A stretch of DNA of 64,000 bases from a virus. Positions 57,201-64,000 of the stretch are shown piece after piece. Each line of letters opens with the position of its first letter. The stretch's first letter is position 1. Both the position numbers and the translations under genes were made by a program. The stretch is from IMG/VR virus record IMGVR_UViG_3300023184_000030, positions 32,001-96,000 of that record; one strand, 5' to 3'. The notes below the pieces were generated by a model. That model had not been told where the DNA came from. It did not search any database and worked only from the letters and a program-made list of their open reading frames with translations.

Positions 57201-58294
57201 GCATAAACGTGGGGTAAGTCATAGTCGAAAAGCGAAAGTGAATTATACTCAAGAACCCAAAAATCATTTTCATGTATGAGTAATCCATCTTGGGATGTAT
57301 TGTGACCTATTAGCTCTATACCAAGCACAGAATTAGAACCCAGCGAAGAATTCAAGGTATTATATTGAGTGTGTGTAGTGCCATTAAAATGCCAAATACC
57401 CGTGCCTTGACCTAATTCACCATCTCCCTTTGAATAAAAAACATGTCCATTGTTTCTTGACTTTACTGAAGTTATAGATCCTCCGCTAACTCCATAATTC
57501 CAGAATTCAACTCCATCAAAATAAGAAAGACCTACATCCGTTCCAATCCAAAGATTGCCATTCTCGTCAAAATCTAAGCAGTAGACATTGTCTGATATTA
57601 TTCCACTTGTGCTAGTGTTATAAACCTTTGCCTGCTGAATATATTTAGATCCATTGGTTAGAGTTAGGGTCTGCAGTTTTCCCTGCGGAACAACAAAAAG
57701 ACCCTCAGAGGTTCCCATATAGTAAAAATAGTCCTTACCTTTATATCCTTTTGTTTCGATATCATATATGTGAGGCCAAGTGTAGTCATCAATAGTTTCG
57801 TTCCATTGATCAGTTTCTTTAAGGTAGTAGAATAATCTTCCCCCTGTTGCTCCTTCTATTCTTGTGTAAGCAGATGCACCAGTTCCCCCTACTCCATTAA
57901 GAGGGTTTATGAATGCAAGTATGTCATCTCCAAAAGGACAAGCATAAATTAAAGAAACCTCCTGCTGCTGGTCAAATGTTCCAAGTGCTTGGAATGTCCA
58001 ACTGTCACCTTCATCAACCTTATTGGTATTGATCCAAAAAACAGCAACCTGATTTATACTTGGGTTACCAGCAGTTGGTCCCTGTGCTACCCCCACCCAG
58101 GCTTTATCCTCAGGATCTATTGATATACATCTAGTATCTAGATAATAGGGGGAAACCTGAGGTACAGCAGAGTTTGTGCTGTTATAGTATTCCCAGCTTG
58201 ATCCATTAAATCTCCTAACATCCTGGCCGGAAGCCCAAACATAAAATTCTTGATCTAAATCTATTTGATTAATATAAAGTGAGCTATTAGGCAT
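54281..58294 (-). CDS. virion protein with Reg_prop-like beta-propeller repeats and a C-terminal PKD-like segment
   Basis: SDNVYCLDFDENGNLWIGTDVGLSYFDG, YNTLNSSLGSNSV; YTFVDPGYYTI. Confidence 0.65.
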   Translation of the reverse strand: MPNSSLYINQIDLDQEFYVWASGQDVRRFNGSSWEYYNSTNSAVPQVSPYYLDTRCISIDPEDKAWVGVAQGPTAGNPSINQVAVFWINTNKVDEGDSWTFQALGTFDQQQEVSLIYACPFGDDILAFINPLNGVGGTGASAYTRIEGATGGRLFYYLKETDQWNETIDDYTWPHIYDIETKGYKGKDYFYYMGTSEGLFVVPQGKLQTLTLTNGSKYIQQAKVYNTSTSGIISDNVYCLDFDENGNLWIGTDVGLSYFDGVEFWNYGVSGGSITSVKSRNNGHVFYSKGDGELGQGTGIWHFNGTTHTQYNTLNSSLGSNSVLGIELIGHNTSQDGLLIHENDFWVLEYNSLSLFDYDLPHVYASSKYAGATGWNFTYYTATGGGAPLPKINKYTWDYPEWMVYDNSFLEYKHPGLDPRNLFLTTKLSDIADGRAGKQPYWNNFSIPTFEQDLITESIQSPLWDESISYIAGASGNIGMVSITSSTSQTFLGEKRYYISGSVEPDIYTGSYSVQFGYYSDNTPAILSDIGPSLNSGVLSTHNSENNGKTGFIVAYSERGKVESILPFKGFSTEIQSICSSEDGLYIYASGIFNRFIEIGEFVWGAYGSPITTGGATGAPVGVTNPNVPGATSGAYPGIGVPAFGTLVLNRPWKVSVGSGDSVGSTYCDFGFIGFPAGTGGSYNNVNLVYLNFEDSSGVDQSLNINYRLTGQTLSIIEGGNTAYYRIDQIYRDSNSYGIRTTYQSGATAAFPYTNGTSITIQISLHTPSVYPYTIANDGAKPDSKAIFVAKIGRDLGDISSFAGITGDYNSSIQKSYRINSFRHFVPTSTYPGGTAYTSVDSSKYHVNLAITHEASTPVTFNTLKNAWDRNDDLSTSPSIIGNSSENIFGSYVKLDCDNLSLSNVVNTTGTTGGFYISGIKSSDNESGILITGQSKGSFDMFGAGLIHPSPSDYSSYPFYIIAGATGNFIRGEIIGIGGTSSNSNINKIYAAKDRSGYYINTIIGDYGQGLTGDYAFNQIVLGSTGENYLYTAEITDQGTVKNIFSNGTGVLDREMGIIYFDKLDDNQFISSYKVNTPGLTGYNVALLKTNDSGKNLDLENLGLFEGDITFTKDSGSNIFSSGINTSGTTGGTGSLVYFGATGGFATLIEQYKPELGINLGNIISRPGSGAWTWCDVHSTDNYMEIPLLSTVVFNNYASNIYGKKNNKWILSNSETKDELLNIKGSPYFIYTFVDPGYYTIYNQVEDSAGNIYEVSKPGFIKVINHKDKRPDDLRPDFVDSSDYGYPNPPFLARDYQAMRLGKDLMYQEMEILQSNRGQFGSAIVIPNNPDSTFNKG

Positions 58295-58317
58295 TTATCT
58301 TTTTTTAAATTATATTC

Positions 58318-58325
58318 TATATATT
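58318..58325 (-). promoter_or_regulatory. late-type promoter variant AATATATA
   Basis: 23 nt upstream of ATG 58294. Confidence 0.5.
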
Positions 58326-58345
58326 TGAATTCCAATAATCCCGAA

Positions 58346-60058
58346 TTAGTAGCCAAACTCCCATCCTCTTTTAGGTTGTGGATCTGAGGTAACATTTAAT
58401 TGATGTGGGTTTGCTATTCTATTTGTATTGAAAGAAATCCAATTTGATCTACCAGGGGTATTGGGAACACCAGGGTAACTCTCATAGGGAGGCCAGGGTC
58501 CATTATCGCTTAAATCCACAGCAGTTATATAAGGGGAACTGCCTCTATCTATTATAGCTATCTTAAGCCCGTTAAATGTATTGGCGTCATATGATAAAGC
58601 TCCGGTAAGTCCTGATGCCCAAGCATAATCAGGTGATGCAGAAGCAACGATATTAGAGTCATAGCCAGCTAATACCAAAGCATTATTTATAGCTGTTGCT
58701 ACACCCGTTCCATCTGGGTTATCCTGCATAAATACTAGATTTTTATCGGGGGAATTCCCTAGTCCCGCATTAATCGTGGGATCCGATACCACTACATTTA
58801 CTACGACATCTAAACCAGGATCTATACCATCTATACTACCATCATAGCTAAATTTTATTGTTAAATTTAGCTCAATGCTAGGTAATCCGGTAAAATTTGA
58901 CGAAGGAAGACAAGCTCCTCCGAGACCTCCGCTTGCTCCCCCAGCACCATCAAGTCCTATTCTATAAGCTGTGGGTTGTTGGACACTCGAAATATATAAC
59001 TCTAGTGCTCTAGAAGATTGATAACCAAAAGATGCTTCATTAAATATAAGTGCATCTACTAAATCTCCAGTCCAATACCTGTTAACTAGCAGCGAATTTC
59101 CATATGCAAACACATCACCAAAGTAAAATATATTACTAAAATAAGTTCCAAGATCCCCGGGGATCATATAGTTTCCAACCATATATCGGCTTAAAGATTC
59201 CCATCCTGTTGGGGTAACCCCTAGAAATTGGAATGCTGTCTTGGAAGCAACATATTGACCAGGATAATATCCATATCTTCCTGGCAAAAATTCAATATCC
59301 TGGGATGACGAAAAATAGCCAACAATCTCACCTTGAGCTCTAAATTGGGTATTATCAATAGGTAATGCCGAATAGTAATTTGTATTAACCAAGAATATGT
59401 CACCAACCCCTGCCATTCCCACTGCACCCGTTTTAATCCCTGTATTAGTAATATAATAGTAATTTGCTCCTATTGTATAAACATCAGTTAGATAGTTATA
59501 TGGCTCAAATCCACCATTTTTACTGTATGCTACGTTGGTATTAGATACCGATGTGTTACCAAGAAAGCTATTAAACACCACCGAAGATGTTGATGTATAT
59601 GTAGAATATGCCGCTCCTGAATCAGATCCGGTCAGGTTAAGCCAACTTAAAATGCTCGTAGATTCATTTGAATTGGTCCCCGTGAATCCTGCTACACCAG
59701 CAAGGGTCCAGCTATAATAAGAAAGACTAGCGGTAGATCCTACAGCTGTATATGTTACCGCTGTTCCCATTGGAATAGTAGTGACCGTGGGAATGTTACT
59801 AGTTAATGTTACTGAAATATTCTCTGGTGTTACTATGATTATATTTGTATCCTCCTTAAATGTATTAATCGGTCCCTTTGTTATAGTTAATTTAGCACCA
59901 AATCCAGCAGTGGAGGGGGAAAGATATCTAACAATAGGATTAGTTGCCGTGGCACCTGTCGGGGTTCCCCCTGGAAAATTCCAGACTCTACCTGTAGGAC
60001 TACCTAATGAGGTATCCTGATACAAAACGTAATCTCCTTGGGCTATTGATATCGACAT
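58346..60058 (-). CDS. PKD-domain virion protein
   Basis: YQDTSLGSPTGRVWNFPGGTP...NPIVRY is a PKD-like N-terminus. Confidence 0.65.
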   Translation of the reverse strand: MSISIAQGDYVLYQDTSLGSPTGRVWNFPGGTPTGATATNPIVRYLSPSTAGFGAKLTITKGPINTFKEDTNIIIVTPENISVTLTSNIPTVTTIPMGTAVTYTAVGSTASLSYYSWTLAGVAGFTGTNSNESTSILSWLNLTGSDSGAAYSTYTSTSSVVFNSFLGNTSVSNTNVAYSKNGGFEPYNYLTDVYTIGANYYYITNTGIKTGAVGMAGVGDIFLVNTNYYSALPIDNTQFRAQGEIVGYFSSSQDIEFLPGRYGYYPGQYVASKTAFQFLGVTPTGWESLSRYMVGNYMIPGDLGTYFSNIFYFGDVFAYGNSLLVNRYWTGDLVDALIFNEASFGYQSSRALELYISSVQQPTAYRIGLDGAGGASGGLGGACLPSSNFTGLPSIELNLTIKFSYDGSIDGIDPGLDVVVNVVVSDPTINAGLGNSPDKNLVFMQDNPDGTGVATAINNALVLAGYDSNIVASASPDYAWASGLTGALSYDANTFNGLKIAIIDRGSSPYITAVDLSDNGPWPPYESYPGVPNTPGRSNWISFNTNRIANPHQLNVTSDPQPKRGWEFGY

Positions 60059-60080
60059 TAAAGAATAAGATAGTTTAATT

Positions 60081-60088
60081 TATATATC
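60081..60088 (-). promoter_or_regulatory. late-type promoter motif GATATATA
   Basis: Exact octamer 22 nt upstream of ATG 60058. Confidence 0.65.
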
Positions 60089-60101
60089 CTGATTAAAACT
60101 A

Positions 60102-63100
60102 TCATGGATAAAGTTGGTATGTGAATCCAGCAATTAATAATCCACTACCACCTATCTGTGAAGGAGGTGAAGAACTTGCTGAATTGAATACTTCTGAATT
60201 ATTTATAGAAACATTTATCGGTGGGCTATTTAAAGGCAGATTCCCGCTTTCGTTAGGAATAGGTCGGTAATAAAAATTCTGAATATTGGTATCCGCTGAA
60301 TTGTTTAGTTGATCAGATAATTCTCCTATAGTCAAAGAAGCCGATCCTGGCTGTATAGTCATTCCTGTTGGATATGGATAAAATTCGTTGCCTGTGCTGA
60401 TCTTTAAGAAATCCCCGGGAGTTATGTTGTGTAGTTCATATCCGCCAAGCCAATCGTTATTAAATTCGTAATCAAGCCACGTATGTGCATACCCTTCGTC
60501 CCATCCATTATCAGTGAATACGTCCCAATTTAGCTTTTTAGTTCCCCAATACTTTAGATTAGCGTTGGGTAAGGATTCACTAGATTCTGACCAATAAACA
60601 TAGGTTTCAGCAGGACTAGATCCTCCTGATAATTCACCAGAATCCGAAATTATCGAAATTGATCCAGTAGTTTCGTATGTTAGTAATACCCCGTTTTGAT
60701 CCGCACCCATTTCATCGGGTGCAGCAATAACTAAAGTGACAGGATCATTTCCTGGATCTGTACAAGAAGCAAAATAATCAGGATAAGTCCTAAGTGAATT
60801 AACAGAAGATGTTATACCATTTACCGTCCTGTATAGGGAATCCCCAGAATTGCTGGAGCCTATCAATCTTCCGCTCACATAAACTGAAATACTTCCCGCT
60901 CCGGTAACATATTGATTAGTAAATATAGAGGAATCTACAGATAATCTGGAAGGTCCAGTTAAGCCTATTGTATTGTTCCACGAAGAACTCATTATTGTAG
61001 GTATGGTAAAACTATTATTAGAACCAGAAGGAACCGTTATTATCCATCTTCCTACTAATTGTGGTATAGTATTCAATAAAGTTACTTCTTCACCTGTGCT
61101 AAGGTTATGAGGCGTAGCACATATCACTGTGGCAAAACTATATTGGCCAGCTATAATTAAATAAGATGTTATCTCCGTTATAGCTATATTCTCTTGTGTA
61201 AATGAAATATACCCCGTTGCTCCGATAGGATCTGTGTTTACCTTAACATAAGCATCTTGGCCCTCTTCAGATTTGTTTCCGTATGTAGCAAAATCTAGAA
61301 TCTCGCTAGGTATGGTCTTTTCTAAAATCTCTATTGTCTCTCCCTCAGCAGGATATTCCCATATTGAATTATAATCTTCCCATCCCTTAAATACATTTCT
61401 CCAAGTGTAATCCTCAACCTCTCTATATCTAGTCCATGCATCAATATCAATGATCTTCGGACTAACTGTTATAGCTCCATTCTTTATCGCTACCGTTTTA
61501 GCGTTAAAGGCATCATAGACGTTGCATGTTACCTGATAAACTCCAGTGTATGGTACAAAGTGGGCTAAGGTATAAAAGTCCAGTATAGACCCTCTAAATT
61601 GGAAATTATAGGGACTTCCTTGTTGTGTTGCTGACTTATTTATTATCCACTCAATATCAACCATATTAGAAAAATCTACGTTTCTCCAATTGAGTAAAGA
61701 ATAATTCTGTATAGTTGAAAATAATGATGCTTCATCAGTGTTTACAGTAGTTGAGTTATCAAGGAAAATCGTATAAACCCCAGTTGAATAGCTAACTGCT
61801 GTTACAGTCCCAAATATGTTTGTTGGTTTGTATAAAACTCTACTCCCAACTTTAAATACCGGGGTCAAAAGGGAAGACCAATTTATATTTAATTCGTCCC
61901 AACTCCATCTGTCTAAAATAAGCTCCAATACTATTGGCATGCCCAGTGGGGTATCGTATGTTAATCCTGTTGTTGGATCAACATAAGCCGGAGGATCATA
62001 TTTCCCATCACCCAATTCAAGCAATTCCCCATTCTGTTTGAGATCATAGAAATTAGTTATTGCATTCAATAAAGAATTGTTCTGAGGAGCTGTGTATATC
62101 TGTTGATTTGATAAAGGATCCACTATATTGCCCAGATCAGAAAGCTCTGCGGGAGCAACCTCTATTACTCCATTGAGAAGGGTTTTATTGGTTGATGAAT
62201 AATAATATACCGGTGAAGTCTGCTGTGGAGTTACGTTCCAGATTAAGTTAGGTCCGCCAGAGGTAACCCCATTATTAATTATACCTAATGGATCTATCTG
62301 GGAAAGACCTGGATCTGTTGTTATGTAAAAATCAGATCCTGCTGTAGAAATACTAAATTCATAGGTGTTACCAGCATTAATATTTAATACAGGATTGGGC
62401 CCGGTTAATCCAGTTGCTCCGGTAAGTCCAGTTATATAAAGAGCACTTCCGGTTCCACCCAATACATTTACATAAGCATCAAATGTATTATAATAAGAAG
62501 AAGGAGTCTGTATAGAAGTGCTTAAAGGTCTGATGGAAAAATTTCTAAGATCCCCGATAAATCCAAAATCTGGGGTAACCTTAATGTCAGTATAAAATCC
62601 AGATTCAATATCGGGTCTTTGCATGACATCTGTCCATGCTTTAGTATTATAAACATTGAAATAAATACCTTCACCTGTTATATCTATAATTCTTGCATTC
62701 AGAGGTAGATAATCTCTCTTAAGCCTTTCCTTAAGAGCGAACATTTTTATAAGAACTTCTTCTTGTGTAAATTGAAAATTATCAACAACCCCAGGATATC
62801 CATAATCTGAATCATATCCAGTTAATTTATTTATATCATAATACAGTCCAAATAGCGAGGTCTTTTTATAAGTTCTGCTAGGTAGAATTGTGGTATCTGA
62901 AGAAACATCAAGAACATATTGTCCATCAGCATTCGGACCATATGTCTGAACCAATTTATATTTACCTGAATTTGGATTATCTAAAACATCACCTACCTGA
63001 TAACTCTGACTATATCCAGTAGACTGTTGTTCTTTTATCTGATTTAGGAATCTTTGATTCTGCTGAAGTGGCGATTCTAATCTTGCGCTTTGATACTGTA

Positions 63101-64000
63101 GATTTAGCCAATACTCTTTTATCCTTAAATCCTGATAACCAAAGAATCTAATCGCATTGATCAGACCTTTATAACTTCCTATATAGGGAAATATTTCTTC
63201 ACCTGCTATTAATAGTTCTTTTCTCTTGTCATTTATTTCTATGTAATTAGGAAGGGGTTCAACCGGATCGTGATCTCTAAGTATAATTGAATCGTCCTGA
63301 TAGAAAGCTCTACCCATGTTTTGTAACATGACGCTAAATCTTTCATCCTCGCCAACTATCTCTCCATAAAAATCCATCTCGATTATTTTTACCGGAGTTC
63401 CGGTACTAATATCTTCTATGATTAATTTTCTCTCGTAGATATTGGATGCTAAGTCAGTTGCATTAATAGCAACATTTATAGATAAAGCCTCAGAATTTAC
63501 TGAAGATGTAGAAACGTAACCATTACCAGAAAGGGTATCGGTAGGATCGAGATCCACATTATAGACTAGATTGGGATAACTAACTATCAAAGGGTATCCG
63601 TCTCCACCCTCAAGCTGGTCTTCTATTTTATATGTGAATAGGATTTCTGAAACATCTGTTTCGCCATAGCTATCATTATACCATCTGGATCTCCATTTAC
63701 CAGCGGTAGCCCCAGTGGCTCCTGTATGAGGAAGCCCATATTCTAGGTTACCCCCATTATTAAGCGTCTGTACTATAAATATTTGTTGGTTCTCATAAAG
63801 TCCGGAAGAAACCGGATCAAAATATATGTTACCTTTAAAATACCCACCCGGTCTATTAGAATATGTTGTACTAAAATAAATTTGATTATTTAGACTTATT
63901 AATCTTTGGCCATTAATGGTATCAAGTTCAAAGCTAACAGTTAAGTATGTTGAATTATTTACAACAGCGGATATTTTAGCTTCAAATTCCCCTTGGTTTG
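60102..64000 (-). CDS. large baseplate wedge-like structural protein (5' end probably outside the window)
   Basis: The frame stays open upstream of the track start at 63590 (...GYFKGNIYFDPVSSGLYENQQ...). IGSYKGLINAIRFFGY resembles wedge/tail protein I motifs. Confidence 0.6.
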   Translation of the reverse strand, partial: NQGEFEAKISAVVNNSTYLTVSFELDTINGQRLISLNNQIYFSTTYSNRPGGYFKGNIYFDPVSSGLYENQQIFIVQTLNNGGNLEYGLPHTGATGATAGKWRSRWYNDSYGETDVSEILFTYKIEDQLEGGDGYPLIVSYPNLVYNVDLDPTDTLSGNGYVSTSSVNSEALSINVAINATDLASNIYERKLIIEDISTGTPVKIIEMDFYGEIVGEDERFSVMLQNMGRAFYQDDSIILRDHDPVEPLPNYIEINDKRKELLIAGEEIFPYIGSYKGLINAIRFFGYQDLRIKEYWLNLQYQSARLESPLQQNQRFLNQIKEQQSTGYSQSYQVGDVLDNPNSGKYKLVQTYGPNADGQYVLDVSSDTTILPSRTYKKTSLFGLYYDINKLTGYDSDYGYPGVVDNFQFTQEEVLIKMFALKERLKRDYLPLNARIIDITGEGIYFNVYNTKAWTDVMQRPDIESGFYTDIKVTPDFGFIGDLRNFSIRPLSTSIQTPSSYYNTFDAYVNVLGGTGSALYITGLTGATGLTGPNPVLNINAGNTYEFSISTAGSDFYITTDPGLSQIDPLGIINNGVTSGGPNLIWNVTPQQTSPVYYYSSTNKTLLNGVIEVAPAELSDLGNIVDPLSNQQIYTAPQNNSLLNAITNFYDLKQNGELLELGDGKYDPPAYVDPTTGLTYDTPLGMPIVLELILDRWSWDELNINWSSLLTPVFKVGSRVLYKPTNIFGTVTAVSYSTGVYTIFLDNSTTVNTDEASLFSTIQNYSLLNWRNVDFSNMVDIEWIINKSATQQGSPYNFQFRGSILDFYTLAHFVPYTGVYQVTCNVYDAFNAKTVAIKNGAITVSPKIIDIDAWTRYREVEDYTWRNVFKGWEDYNSIWEYPAEGETIEILEKTIPSEILDFATYGNKSEEGQDAYVKVNTDPIGATGYISFTQENIAITEITSYLIIAGQYSFATVICATPHNLSTGEEVTLLNTIPQLVGRWIITVPSGSNNSFTIPTIMSSSWNNTIGLTGPSRLSVDSSIFTNQYVTGAGSISVYVSGRLIGSSNSGDSLYRTVNGITSSVNSLRTYPDYFASCTDPGNDPVTLVIAAPDEMGADQNGVLLTYETTGSISIISDSGELSGGSSPAETYVYWSESSESLPNANLKYWGTKKLNWDVFTDNGWDEGYAHTWLDYEFNNDWLGGYELHNITPGDFLKISTGNEFYPYPTGMTIQPGSASLTIGELSDQLNNSADTNIQNFYYRPIPNESGNLPLNSPPINVSINNSEVFNSASSSPPSQIGGSGLLIAGFTYQLYP

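Noticed and set aside
1460-60020. Numerous short antisense or nested ORFs in the track (e.g. 3170-3580, 5931-6287, 16070-16426, 23438-23896, 34615-34965)
   Set aside because: They are shadows of long, well-supported genes on the other strand or frame and carry no motifs.
1-64000. Bacterial chromosome or eukaryotic giant virus origin (DnaK/DnaJ, NrdAB, SET, MBD4, Nei)
   Set aside because: T4-type gp32, gp61, UvsW, gp39/60 and gp3-like genes, a tail module, intrinsic terminators and operon packing indicate a tailed phage.
1-64000. Alternative genetic code (stop-codon reassignment, as in some large phages)
   Set aside because: Conserved genes are full-length in the standard code, TAA, TAG and TGA all serve as stops, and coding density is high.

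Overview
This AT-rich, densely coding window uses the standard genetic code, and almost all genes are on the minus strand. It comes from a large T4-related (jumbo) tailed phage. The host is most likely Bacteroidetes, based on TAnnTTTG-type promoters, A-rich leaders without Shine-Dalgarno sites, and DUF4494- and Hc1-like genes. The left half (1-31.5 kb) carries replication, repair, nucleotide-metabolism and host-like genes: DnaJ, UvsE, topoisomerase II large subunit, a GT2-TPR glycosyltransferase, Adk, NrdA/B, a dimeric dUTPase/dCTPase, the N-terminal half of a split family-B polymerase, an M28 peptidase, MBD4-like and Nei/Fpg glycosylases, ferritin, DnaK, a SET protein, Hc1, UvsW, UvsY-like, primase, gp32-like SSB and a RuvC-like nuclease. 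The right half (31.5-64 kb) is a tail/baseplate/fibre module with PhoH inserted on the opposite strand. Three promoter classes can be read from the intergenic DNA: T-run-N17/18-TAnATTTR, G(A/G)AAC-N17/18-TATAA, and a late-type (G/A)ATATATA. The main discovery candidate is a set of about 11 proteins, all downstream of the late motif, that share a T4 internal-protein-like capsid-targeting leader (M-x1-3-[ILV]-xx-[FY]-xx-[FY]...E). It includes a ferritin, an adenylate kinase and a four-gene operon combining three nucleotidyltransferase folds (Pol-beta, Rnl2-like ligase, HIGH/NMNAT-like), which suggests a packaged and injected enzyme kit. All product calls come from motif recognition by eye; no database searches were run.
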